A DNA stretch of 28,236 nt from Thermoproteota archaeon (GTDB lineage Archaea > Thermoproteota > EX4484-205 > JAAOZP01), in contig JBNAVT010000025.1 in the NCBI GenBank assembly GCA_049700215.1, forward strand, positions 1-28,236. The letters are read 5' to 3'. The notes beneath the pieces were generated by a model. The model was not told the DNA's origin, did not search any database, and saw only the letters and a list, made by a program, of their open reading frames with translations. Made by a program: the position numbers and the translations under genes. Shown here one piece after another: positions 8,335 to 17,206 of this stretch (position 1 is the first letter of the stretch; every line of letters starts with the position of its first letter).

Positions 8335-9006
8335 TTGAACATACGGTTTGAAGAGGCAACTGTAAGCCTTAGCGGCAAGACAGTTCTGCTCTACGGAGAT
8401 TACTCTAAGGTTTTCCCACTCCTACTTAGCCTCATCAGGTTGAATAAGGATTCTACACTGCTTTTCTTAGACGGTTTTAACGCGAGAACAATGGTTAAAG
8501 AAGTGTATTCTCTCAGCCCTGAAGAGCTCTCTAAGATTGTTTTTTCCAGGTTTGAAAGCCTTGTAGAGCTTGACAAGGCGCTGGAGCAGTCCGAAACGAT
8601 GCTGCTTAACAAGGGTTCGTTCAAGCTTCTTGTAGCAGGCTCCCTGCCGGACACCTATCTTCGAGAAATATCGTTACACGACTCTTCCTCCCATTCTAAC
8701 ATTCTTTATCTTCTTAACAAGATTCTTGCTTTCTTCTCCTTTCTATCTAAAAAATACGGTTGCACCGGGTTTCTCATTGGCCCAGGCGAAGGCTTGAACG
8801 GCTCGATCAATATTCCGGCGAAAAGAATCTTTCTCTACTGGGTGGATTACGTCTTGGAGCTGCGTAGATGCGATGCGGGCGGGACGCTTGGAGAGCTGAC
8901 TGGAAAAACTGGGTTTAAAACCAGACTATGCGTGCCTACAGAAGGATTAAAAGAGGCCGGCGAAGTTTTAAAGTGTAACGAGAATGCTTGTCCAAGAAAT
9001 GTTTGA
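8335..9006 (+). CDS. RadB/RecA-fold-like protein with degenerate Walker motifs
   Basis: Layout follows RadB: GKTVLLYG (no GSGKT), LFLDG, LLVAGSL..Y.RE (for LIVVDS..YR.E), LSKKY, and YWVDYVLEL. Inferred by eye. Confidence 0.55.
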   Translation: MNIRFEEATVSLSGKTVLLYGDYSKVFPLLLSLIRLNKDSTLLFLDGFNARTMVKEVYSLSPEELSKIVFSRFESLVELDKALEQSETMLLNKGSFKLLVAGSLPDTYLREISLHDSSSHSNILYLLNKILAFFSFLSKKYGCTGFLIGPGEGLNGSINIPAKRIFLYWVDYVLELRRCDAGGTLGELTGKTGFKTRLCVPTEGLKEAGEVLKCNENACPRNV

Positions 9007-9475
9007 GCTAGGAATCAGGGGGCTTCTTTTTTATTCTCCAGCCTATGCTGCTAATGCCTCCGCCCTTCTATTCAGGGGAGAGAAACAAATAGACTTAGGA
9101 AGAGTTTTCATAGATGGTAAACCGATCTTTGGAAGAGGTAAAACATTCAGGGGGTTCTTCCTCGGCCTAGCCATTGGGGTAGTCACGGGGGTTATCGCAG
9201 GCAATCCGTTTGCAGTCTCACTTCTCACGAGCCTCGGAGCATTGCTAGGGGACCTGGTGGGAGCCTTCATTAAAAGAAGGCTTTCGATAAAACCGGGTGA
9301 TCCTGCACCTGTTCTCGACCAATTCGACTTTATGCTTGGTGCAACACTCTTGTCGCAGCCCTGGAATTATTTGGACCCCCGCTCAATCATAATAATCATG
9401 GCTATAACGCCTGTAGTCCACTTGGCTTCAAACTTCTCAGCCTTCCTTCTTAAAATAAAGAAAGTGCCTTGGTGA
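8984..9475 (+). CDS. carS: CDP-archaeol synthase
   Basis: PAYAANA, IDLG..F.DGKPIFG.GKTFRG, GALLGDL.GAFIKRRL, G.PAPVLDQFDF, TP..HL.SN, IKKVPW. Confidence 0.93.
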   Translation: MLVQEMFELGIRGLLFYSPAYAANASALLFRGEKQIDLGRVFIDGKPIFGRGKTFRGFFLGLAIGVVTGVIAGNPFAVSLLTSLGALLGDLVGAFIKRRLSIKPGDPAPVLDQFDFMLGATLLSQPWNYLDPRSIIIIMAITPVVHLASNFSAFLLKIKKVPW

Positions 9476-9490
9476 AGCCTACACCCTTCT

Positions 9491-9937
9491 CTACCTTAAG
9501 GCGGATGTCTTAAGGTAGTCAAGCCCCACTATCATCAGCAGGGATATTGTTAAGAGGACTATTCCGAATATGATGATCGTATTCTTCTGAGAAACAGACC
9601 TTGACCCCCTGACTAGGAGGATCAATCCCATGCCTGCGAAAAGATAGGAGATAAGCACGTAAATCATCTCTAGGCTTGTCTGTGAAAGATAGTCGCCCAA
9701 TGCCCTAGGAATATAGAAGTATACGCCGTAGCCATAGGATGATAAGTCTATCATCCACGGGACCGCTTGAAAGTAAGTGATTACATATGTTGCTCCTGAC
9801 AGTAAGACTCCTATGATAACGGTTAGACCCATCAGGATGAGCATGTTTAACAGTTCTCCTTTACGGACTCTAACCGCCTTCTCGCTCAACCTTCTCATTT
9901 TCTCCATCAAGTATTCCGGCAACAACAGTGGGTTCAT
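9491..9937 (-). CDS. Hypothetical membrane protein (about 3 TM helices)
   Basis: Three long hydrophobic stretches; fills the gap between carS and the next gene; TATA-like elements upstream. No family recognised. Confidence 0.65.
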   Translation of the reverse strand: MNPLLLPEYLMEKMRRLSEKAVRVRKGELLNMLILMGLTVIIGVLLSGATYVITYFQAVPWMIDLSSYGYGVYFYIPRALGDYLSQTSLEMIYVLISYLFAGMGLILLVRGSRSVSQKNTIIIFGIVLLTISLLMIVGLDYLKTSALR

Positions 9938-9977
9938 ATACTCTGGTTTCTCACGTGAAATAGTAATTTAAGCGTTT

Positions 9978-10000
9978 CCTTTAAAAAGGTTTTTAAAAGG
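9978..10000. promoter_or_regulatory. Back-to-back TATA-like elements (divergent promoter)
   Basis: CCTTTAAAAAGGTTTTTAAAAGG is near-palindromic and lies between divergent starts 9937 and 10020. Confidence 0.5.
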
Positions 10001-10019
10001 CTTAGGGAGAAGGAGCCTG

Positions 10020-10307
10020 ATGAAAACCAGTTCTGAGAAATGCATAGTCTGTGGGAGAAACGTTGAAACCGGGTTTAAACCATCCTTCTGCAGGCTTCAC
10101 TTGGAAGCGTATAAAAACATTGTTGGGAACTATGAAAATTGGAGGAATGCGTACGGTGATTTAACACCAGGAGAGTTTCTTAAAAGACTTGAGAACAATG
10201 ATTATGCCGGTAAATGGGTTAAGGAGGTTGCGCGCGCCTTGCTTTCAAGCCGCGATCTGCTCCAGTCTTTCCTGAACGATTTGTCTTACTTGAACAAGAA
10301 GGGTTGA
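10020..10307 (+). CDS. Small hypothetical protein with an N-terminal CxxC...CxxH zinc finger
   Basis: CIVC...FCRLH followed by helical YENWRNAYG...EFLKRL...GKWVKEVA; purine-rich SD-like AAGGAG upstream. Confidence 0.7.
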   Translation: MKTSSEKCIVCGRNVETGFKPSFCRLHLEAYKNIVGNYENWRNAYGDLTPGEFLKRLENNDYAGKWVKEVARALLSSRDLLQSFLNDLSYLNKKG

Positions 10308-12339
10308 CGCACAGGAGCCAAGGCTTTCCTCTAGTAATGACCCTTACCACCGGCCATCCGCAGGCTTTGCAAATCCTCCCAGTAGCGTAAACCCTGTTAG
10401 GATCCTGCGGCAAAGGTATTGTAAGACCGCATTTTTTCTCAAAAACGTTCGTGCATATTCCAAATCTTTTACCAGTCTTCCTTGAAACAATCATCTTAAG
10501 CTCCCCTTCTCCGCACACGGGGCATTTTCCAATAATGTTCCTGCCCCTGAGTATCGCTATTATCGAGCTTGAAAGATGTTTCCCGATATACTCCTCGTTA
10601 GCCTCAACCTCACTGAGTATTTCAGTCAACTCGGTCTTCGCCATACTTATAACCTTCTCCTCCTCGATAAGCCCCTTCTCTATCTTCTCCATATTGGCTT
10701 CAACTTCTCTAGTCATGTCGACTGAGAGAATCTTAGGTGAAAACCTGCTTAAAGCGGAGACGAGGCTGAACCCTAAGTCGGCTACAACTATGGACCTGCC
10801 GGCTATATAACCCCTCTTGTAGAGCGTCTCAACTATCTCTGCTCGAGTGGCCTTGGTTCCTATTCCAAGCCTCTCCATCTCTCTCACGAGGGACGCTGGA
10901 TTGTAGCGGTGCGGGGGATTGGTGAACTTCTCATCAGAGATGATTCTTTGAACGCTTAAGCATTCCCCCTCTTTAAGCGGAGGTATTATCCGCTCCTCAG
11001 GAGTATAATAGGGTGAGTATACTTCTAACCATCCTTTCCTAACTATCTCGCTACCCCTCAGTATGAATCTTTCATTACCAAGCTTCAGAGTAACTTTGCA
11101 AACAGCCTTCTCCGCATCCTCATCGAAAGCCGCTAGGAAGCGCCTAGTTACTAGATCAAGCATCTTAAGCTGGTCGGTGCTCAAACCCGTCTTCTGTTCT
11201 CCAGTAGGGTAGATGGCGGGATGCGCAGGATCATCCTTCTCACCCTGCTTAGGCGTCAAAACTCGCCTAGAAAGTATTTTTTCAACAGTCTTAGCGTAAA
11301 CACGGTTCTCCATAAGCTTCTCAAGGATTTCTCTGTAGCCTATGTCTGGAGGCAGTTTCTGCGAGGATGTTCTAGGGTATGAGATTAAAGCGTTTAAGTA
11401 GAGTGTTTCGGCTATGCTGAGCGTTCTTGAAGGAGTGAAGCCGAAAGCGCTGTAAGCCTCTCTTTGGAGAGTAGTCAGGTCAAACGGCTCCGGCGCACTT
11501 ATCTTCTCAATCTTCCTCTCAATCTTCTCAACCAGGGCTTGCTTAGAATCCGCGTCTTCAACAATTCTCTTCGCCTCAGAAAGGCTATTCACCCTCTCCC
11601 TCTCATGCGTAGCCTCATAGGTCTTGCCGTTGACGATCACCTCAGCCTTCAAAACCCAATACGGCGTGGGGATGAAGGTTTCTATGGAAACCTCTCTCTC
11701 AACAAGGAGGTTTAAAGTCGGAGTTTGAACCCTGCCAACGCTGAGGACATACGGTGTTCTCACAAAACGTGACACAGACCGGGTTAAAGCTCTGGAGAGA
11801 TTTATTCCGTAAAGAAAGTCGACTATGTGGCGGGTCTCGCCTGCTTTCACCAGACCCATGTCTAAACCAGGCTTCATTCTTCGAAAAGCCTCCTGAATCT
11901 CCTTCTTCGTTAACGTTGAAAGCTTCATTCTAAAAACCCTTTTCTCCTCCCCGGAGACATTGTAGAGGAACCTTAGAACGTTATACCCTATTAGGCTTCC
12001 CTCAATATCGTAGTCGCATGCATTAACATAGTAGTCCACACCGTCATTCATGCTACTCATCTCCTCAAGCCATTTCTCAAGCCTCTTGCTCTTCTCGACA
12101 ACATGCTTCGGAACCCACTCATAGTCGAAGACAGGGTAAGCCAGCCTATTCCTGTTCCTCGTGGTCAACTCATACAGGTGGCCCAAGGCTGTAGTAACCA
12201 GTATCTCCGAATCCCCATTCCTAACTAGGAATGAGGGAACGAGTCTGCCTATTTTTCTAGGCTTCGACCCGGAGTCTAAAGCCTCAGAAATCCTTCTTGC
12301 CGCCTCCGGCTTTTCAGCGATTATCAGATACTTAGACAA
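10219..12339 (-). CDS. topA: Type IA DNA topoisomerase (archaeal TopA/Top3)
   Basis: TOPRIM IAEKP and DYDIEG, SVGRVQTPTL, catalytic ISYPRT, AHPAIYPT, GIGTKATR, C-terminal Cys zinc ribbons. Confidence 0.95.
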   Translation of the reverse strand: MSKYLIIAEKPEAARRISEALDSGSKPRKIGRLVPSFLVRNGDSEILVTTALGHLYELTTRNRNRLAYPVFDYEWVPKHVVEKSKRLEKWLEEMSSMNDGVDYYVNACDYDIEGSLIGYNVLRFLYNVSGEEKRVFRMKLSTLTKKEIQEAFRRMKPGLDMGLVKAGETRHIVDFLYGINLSRALTRSVSRFVRTPYVLSVGRVQTPTLNLLVEREVSIETFIPTPYWVLKAEVIVNGKTYEATHERERVNSLSEAKRIVEDADSKQALVEKIERKIEKISAPEPFDLTTLQREAYSAFGFTPSRTLSIAETLYLNALISYPRTSSQKLPPDIGYREILEKLMENRVYAKTVEKILSRRVLTPKQGEKDDPAHPAIYPTGEQKTGLSTDQLKMLDLVTRRFLAAFDEDAEKAVCKVTLKLGNERFILRGSEIVRKGWLEVYSPYYTPEERIIPPLKEGECLSVQRIISDEKFTNPPHRYNPASLVREMERLGIGTKATRAEIVETLYKRGYIAGRSIVVADLGFSLVSALSRFSPKILSVDMTREVEANMEKIEKGLIEEEKVISMAKTELTEILSEVEANEEYIGKHLSSSIIAILRGRNIIGKCPVCGEGELKMIVSRKTGKRFGICTNVFEKKCGLTIPLPQDPNRVYATGRICKACGWPVVRVITRGKPWLLCVNPSCSSKTNRSGKTGADRGLKARRAQPP

Positions 12340-12388
12340 GGCTTCTACTCCTGTGGACCCTTGTTTAAATCGTTTCCGAGGGCTCCGC

Positions 12389-12423
12389 TTTTAAAATTTT
12401 CAGCTGAAAAATAGATTTTTATA
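12389..12423. promoter_or_regulatory. Divergent topA/aglB promoter with central palindrome TTTTCAGCTGAAAA (12397-12410)
   Basis: TATA-like TTTTAAAA and TTTTTATA flank a perfect 14-bp palindrome whose halves could act as back-to-back BREs. Confidence 0.45.
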
Positions 12424-12465
12424 CCTCCTTCCGAGGCCGAAAGTAAAAGGTAGACGAGTAAAAAA

Positions 12466-15042
12466 ATGATGCGGATCAGGGAGATCATTGGGAAAGCCTC
12501 GAGATTCAGTCCCAGTATTAGCCTTGAATCCTACGTCAAAACATCAATATTCATCACAGTAATACTGATTTCCATAGCCATAAGGTTCCGCAATCTCCCC
12601 CTAGGGTTCTACTTGGGAGAGTTCGACCCGTTCTGGCATTACCGCAGTGCGGAATACATTATGGAGAACGGTATCCCCGCCTTCTTAGAATGGGTCGACC
12701 CTTTAAGCTGGTACCCTTACGGAAGGGCTGCAGCAGCATCCACGCCCATCGGCCTCCCCCTGGCGGCGGTTGCTCTCCACGCTTTTCTCAACATGCTGGG
12801 TGTATCACTCTCCCTAATGGATGTAACAATAATCTTTCCACCATTCGTATCCGTGCTGGCTGTTGCCGCAATATTCTTCATGGGAAAGGAGATTTCGGGT
12901 GACGACTGGGTTGGTCTGCTAGCGATGCTGTTCCTAGCTTTCAACGGAAGCTTCATCGACAGGACTCACATGGGTTTTTTCAAGCATGAGAGCCTCGGCA
13001 TACCGCTCATAGCGATCTCCGCATACCTCTTTTTCAAATCCGTCAAGTCAGAGACTCTAGTCAGAGTAATAGCATTCTCAATACTGTCGGGCCTAGTTCT
13101 AGGCTACCTCTGTATTTCATGGACTGCCTATGTCTACATGGTTGGGCTTGTGACACTGTTCTCGGCGCTAGCGGCACTTTTCCTAGACCCCGGTTCAACG
13201 GAAAGAACCCTAATTTCCTTCACAATAACCATGGGTCTCTCAATGCTTATTGCAGTCCAGTTCCCGAGACCAGGGGAGAGCGCCATATACTCAATATACT
13301 ATATTGCAGTAATCGTGGGCTTCATAATCATACTCCTGATGAAATATCTTAAAAAGGTGGAGGCATCGCTGACAATCCCTGTTTTAACAGGCTTCGTCGC
13401 AATCGCTCTATCAGCTACCATCCTGCTCTTCAACACGGGCCTGTTCACCTCTCTTCTAGGCAAGCTAATGGCTGTGATAAACCCCTCAGCCCGTTTCGAG
13501 CAGCCCATAGTCGAGTCTGTGGCTGAGCACAAGATGAGCACATGGTATTCTCTTTTCCTAGACCACGGGCTACTTTTGCCGCTATTCATGATTGGAACCG
13601 TCTTAAGCGTCATGCGTGGAGAAAGGCTTAGCAAGCTTTTCATAGTGTCGGCAGGGTTAAGCTCTCTCTACTTTGCCAACATGATGGTTAGAATAGGCCT
13701 GGTGTTCTCCCCGTTTGTTTCACTCATAGCCGCCATCGGCTGCTCATCACTCATAAGCATATCCTACCCTGCGGTTTCCGAGAGGATTAGAATGGGCAGA
13801 AGAGTCGCTACACCCGGCAGGAAAAGCATCCTGGGGGTAATTCTCTCCTCCATCTTAATACTCTACATGGGTTACCACGGTATTAACACGGGCATAGCTC
13901 ACATGCAGCAGGAGGGCGGCGCATCACTCCCAACGTCCTCAATCCCGTATCCAGGCTCCTTCCCAGACTGGATCGAGGCGTTAACATGGATACGGTACAA
14001 TACTCCTCCCGGCTCAGTAGTCCTTTCATGGTGGGACTATGGTTACTGGATTACCTCTCTGGGCGAGAGGCCAACCCTGATTGATAACGCGACGATAAAC
14101 TCTACTCAGGTGGCGGCCGTCGGGAGAATATTCATGTCTAACGATACTGTCGCAATACCCATGTTGAGAAAATATAATGTTTCCTACATCGTGGTTTTCA
14201 CGACGCTTCCACTACACTACTATATCGGGACATGGGGTGATGAGGCTAAATGGACATGGATGGCGGCCATAGGGTATGATTTAAAGCCTGTGAACGCTAG
14301 CTACGCATGGATCTCCGACGACTACACTAAAGGAGGATATGCTGACTTAAACCTGACTCGCGAAATGCAGAACACTAATCTGGTTTCAGGGTATAACGTG
14401 AAGTATCTTCCGGCGAGCGTAGTTCTGCCCAAGAGTGACTCCGTCCTCACGAGGCTTATGGTTAACGCGTACATGCAGGCTCTTAAGATGATGGGGATTT
14501 CCCCGAATGAAAAATTCCAGCTCTCCACCTCTCCTTTCTACGAGCTGGTCTTCCTCTCACCGACATACGGGTTTGTATCCGTGTATAAGGTGAATTACAA
14601 CGCGTCCTACGGGGAGGAATCACTAGTCTTAGGCTCATCCCCAAGCGTAGCTCTGAGAAACTCTTCGAAGCTCTACTCCCTGCCGCTAATACCTGGCGTT
14701 AGCATGGTGGTTAACATTAAGAGTGTTCATGTGACGGAGGGCATGGCTGAAGTAGACAATGCTTCAAGAGTTTTGAGGGCGAATGCTTCTCTGATAGTTA
14801 AAGTGAACGGTGAAGTCGAAAAAACCTACCCGGCTTCCCCAGGAGAATACAGGCTTAATTATACAGGTGTTTTCTTGGAAATAATGGTGAATGGGACGCT
14901 GGTTGAAACCATTCAACTGCCTGAGGATTTGAAAAGTATTGAAACAGGCTTCCTGCAGTTCGCTGAAGGCGTTGAGGGAGGCAACATAACCAGCTATGCT
15001 TTCTCATACGTCGTATACGAGGTAAGAATAGAAGTACCCTAA
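12466..15042 (+). CDS. aglB: Oligosaccharyltransferase AglB (STT3 family)
   Basis: EFDPFWHYR, SWYPYGR, many TM helices, SVAEH, WWDYG, DNATIN, DEAKWTWM (DK motif). Confidence 0.95.
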   Translation: MMRIREIIGKASRFSPSISLESYVKTSIFITVILISIAIRFRNLPLGFYLGEFDPFWHYRSAEYIMENGIPAFLEWVDPLSWYPYGRAAAASTPIGLPLAAVALHAFLNMLGVSLSLMDVTIIFPPFVSVLAVAAIFFMGKEISGDDWVGLLAMLFLAFNGSFIDRTHMGFFKHESLGIPLIAISAYLFFKSVKSETLVRVIAFSILSGLVLGYLCISWTAYVYMVGLVTLFSALAALFLDPGSTERTLISFTITMGLSMLIAVQFPRPGESAIYSIYYIAVIVGFIIILLMKYLKKVEASLTIPVLTGFVAIALSATILLFNTGLFTSLLGKLMAVINPSARFEQPIVESVAEHKMSTWYSLFLDHGLLLPLFMIGTVLSVMRGERLSKLFIVSAGLSSLYFANMMVRIGLVFSPFVSLIAAIGCSSLISISYPAVSERIRMGRRVATPGRKSILGVILSSILILYMGYHGINTGIAHMQQEGGASLPTSSIPYPGSFPDWIEALTWIRYNTPPGSVVLSWWDYGYWITSLGERPTLIDNATINSTQVAAVGRIFMSNDTVAIPMLRKYNVSYIVVFTTLPLHYYIGTWGDEAKWTWMAAIGYDLKPVNASYAWISDDYTKGGYADLNLTREMQNTNLVSGYNVKYLPASVVLPKSDSVLTRLMVNAYMQALKMMGISPNEKFQLSTSPFYELVFLSPTYGFVSVYKVNYNASYGEESLVLGSSPSVALRNSSKLYSLPLIPGVSMVVNIKSVHVTEGMAEVDNASRVLRANASLIVKVNGEVEKTYPASPGEYRLNYTGVFLEIMVNGTLVETIQLPEDLKSIETGFLQFAEGVEGGNITSYAFSYVVYEVRIEVP

Positions 15043-15050
15043 AGGGTTAG

Positions 15051-15869
15051 TCAGCTCACGTAATCCGGAAGCCTGAAGGACTCGGCTATTCTACGCGCCC
15101 TCTCATCCTGCATCAACTGTCTAACCTTCCTCTCATACCTGCTTATTATCTCGTTTATCCTCTCCTCCTCACGCTGGAAGTCTTCAACATCCAGTTTGAG
15201 GTTCAGGAACCTGTTTAACACGTTTAAGACTTCCCTTGAGCCCTCAGCGTCGGGGCGTATGCTGGTTGTTTCCCCCAGTATACACACGGCGTCAACCCCC
15301 ATTATGCTGCTTAATCCTAGAATGATCCCTGACAATCCGACGACGGGGGTTCCGATTTCAGCCTTCCTGCAGCCCGCTTCTTCAAGCTTTTTCAAAAGCT
15401 GCTTGTTGCTTGCGAAGCCTATCGCCCTCTTGGATTCTGAGGCGGAAATATGGCCGCCGGCAGTAACTATCAGCCTAACGCCCCGCTTAATCAGGAATCT
15501 CATCATTTTCATCGCCACATCATACTCTCCCCAGATGTTTTCCAAATGCTCGTCGGCTGTAACTACGAGGAGATCGGAGCCGTTAAACTTGCTTTCACTT
15601 CTGTATATTTTAACCGCTGTGATTCTTGCCACGCCGTTTCTACTAACTATTACCTGGTTGCTGAAGTATGGGGATGTAACTATGCCTACGAGCCGCGTAT
15701 TAAGCTTCCTTATAAGGTATCTCGATATTATTCCGCCGATTCTACCTAGCCCGGGTAGTCCTATTATGACGATCGGATTATCGATTCTAGTGTTCCTTCT
15801 AACCCAGACCCTTGTCTCCATAAGCGGCATATCTTTAACGTAGATTCTCGTCCATTGCTTCTCAGTCAT
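15051..15869 (-). CDS. PAC2-family proteasome assembly chaperone-like protein
   Basis: IIGLPGLGRIG, SPYF, TAGG, VVGLSGIILG, CILGET, PDAEGS; SD GGAGG upstream; usual position after aIF2a/nop10. Confidence 0.85.
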   Translation of the reverse strand: MTEKQWTRIYVKDMPLMETRVWVRRNTRIDNPIVIIGLPGLGRIGGIISRYLIRKLNTRLVGIVTSPYFSNQVIVSRNGVARITAVKIYRSESKFNGSDLLVVTADEHLENIWGEYDVAMKMMRFLIKRGVRLIVTAGGHISASESKRAIGFASNKQLLKKLEEAGCRKAEIGTPVVGLSGIILGLSSIMGVDAVCILGETTSIRPDAEGSREVLNVLNRFLNLKLDVEDFQREEERINEIISRYERKVRQLMQDERARRIAESFRLPDYVS

Positions 15870-16043
15870 AGCTCCTCCTTCTCCTCCTTCTCATTACTTA
15901 ATAAATCTAAAGCTTGTCCAAGCCCTCGTAAAAACTCGGCGGGTTAAGCAGGTGGGAATGGGATTTAAAGATGGGATTACGCGTTTTCAGGAACCGGTAT
16001 GAGTGTTAGAAAACGCTTATAATGTTTATACTATAGGCAGACA

Positions 16044-16235
16044 ATGGTAATGGCAGCTAAAAAACTACGTAAATGTCCGAGATGCAAGAGGTATATGCTT
16101 GGAGAAGTTTGTAAAAAATGCGGGACTCGTACCAGTAGTCCCCATCCTCCCAGGTTCTCCTTGGAGGATCCCTTCTTAGAATATAAGGCCAGGGCATTGT
16201 TGGAGACCCTGGGAGCGTCCGGCTTGGATGCTTAA
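16044..16235 (+). CDS. nop10: H/ACA RNP protein Nop10
   Basis: LRKCPRCKRYML.EVC..CG....PHPPRFS.ED; has its own TATA-like TTATAA at about 16018. Confidence 0.9.
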   Translation: MVMAAKKLRKCPRCKRYMLGEVCKKCGTRTSSPHPPRFSLEDPFLEYKARALLETLGASGLDA

Positions 16236-16249
16236 AGAGCATCCGGCTT

Positions 16250-17014
16250 TTACTCAAGCGTCTTCAGCACTCCCCCCTCTCTCTTCACGATTTCACTCAG
16301 CCTCGCCGCAATCTCATCCGAAACCTTCTTAATCTTCTTGGGCTCGCTGGAGGAAAGTGTTATAGAGTATCTTGGCGCCGCAACCACCCTAACCTCCACC
16401 TTAACGTCTCTAGTCCCCATTTTCTCAACCTCTCCGAAAACAGTCTTCAACTTTTTCAAACCCTGCTTGTCGACGAAGTATAGTCTGACCAACATTTTCT
16501 TCACAGCCTTCTTTTTAATAAGCTCCTTAGCAGCGAGCTCATATATCGCCTCCCTCGCCTCCCCACTAATCTTCGTCCTGGCTAGAGTATTCTCGCCCTC
16601 CATGATCGCTATCCTAAGCGCCTCTGTCAGACTACCGTATTTCTCAACAAGCTTTTCCTTAGTATCCTCTAAAACCTCGCTGGGTATTGAAAACCTAGCC
16701 GCCACCTCGTTGAAAATATCTGAAGCCTTCTTCTCCGCCCTCCATTTCCTCATAGCTGTTCGCGCTTCAGCCTTGTTCAACTGCTTCAGCGATACGAAGA
16801 CTCTTTCACCAGTCCTGCTTATTTTTATGACTTTCACCGCAATCATTTGGCCGGTCTTAAAGTCCTGTATGCTTCTCTCCCTAGGGATCTCTGAAACATG
16901 GAGAAAGATCTCCCTGTCTTTAATATCCTCGTTTTCAAGAAGCAGTCCGAAATCAGTTATTTCCTTAACCCTGCAGACAAGCAGATCCCCGGCTGAAACT
17001 GTTTCACCCGGCAT
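16250..17014 (-). CDS. eif2a: Translation initiation factor 2 alpha subunit
   Basis: N-terminal S1 domain (GDLLVCRVKEITDFG, FLHVSEI, VSLK), C-terminal AAPRY; follows rps27e. Confidence 0.88.
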   Translation of the reverse strand: MPGETVSAGDLLVCRVKEITDFGLLLENEDIKDREIFLHVSEIPRERSIQDFKTGQMIAVKVIKISRTGERVFVSLKQLNKAEARTAMRKWRAEKKASDIFNEVAARFSIPSEVLEDTKEKLVEKYGSLTEALRIAIMEGENTLARTKISGEAREAIYELAAKELIKKKAVKKMLVRLYFVDKQGLKKLKTVFGEVEKMGTRDVKVEVRVVAAPRYSITLSSSEPKKIKKVSDEIAARLSEIVKREGGVLKTLE

Positions 17015-17015
17015 T

Positions 17016-17204
17016 CTAGCTGTAAACCTCTATTATCTCCCCTAAAACCTTGCCCTTTCCACCCGTGCTTTTAACTATTGTCCTTCCGCACACTCTACAC
17101 TTAACGTTCGACGCAGGCCTTTCGAAAACGATTTGCTCATTGCTGCACTGGCTGCACTTAACTTTTATAAAACGAGACCTCGGCTTGAAAAGCGTCTTCT
17201 CCAT
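17016..17204 (-). CDS. rps27e: 30S ribosomal protein S27e
   Basis: PRSRFIKVKC..C.NEQIVF....VKC..CG......TGGK. Confidence 0.96.
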   Translation of the reverse strand: MEKTLFKPRSRFIKVKCSQCSNEQIVFERPASNVKCRVCGRTIVKSTGGKGKVLGEIIEVYS

Positions 17205-17206
17205 TT

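Noticed and set aside
15196-15843. 215-aa antisense ORF over PAC2
   Set aside because: Codon-register mirror of the real gene; Ser/Leu/Ile/Pro-rich with no domain.
16338-17045. 235-aa antisense ORF over aIF2a
   Set aside because: Mirror of Glu/Lys-rich codons giving Ser/Phe/Leu-rich sequence; the same artefact occurs over pcn, topA, priS and others.
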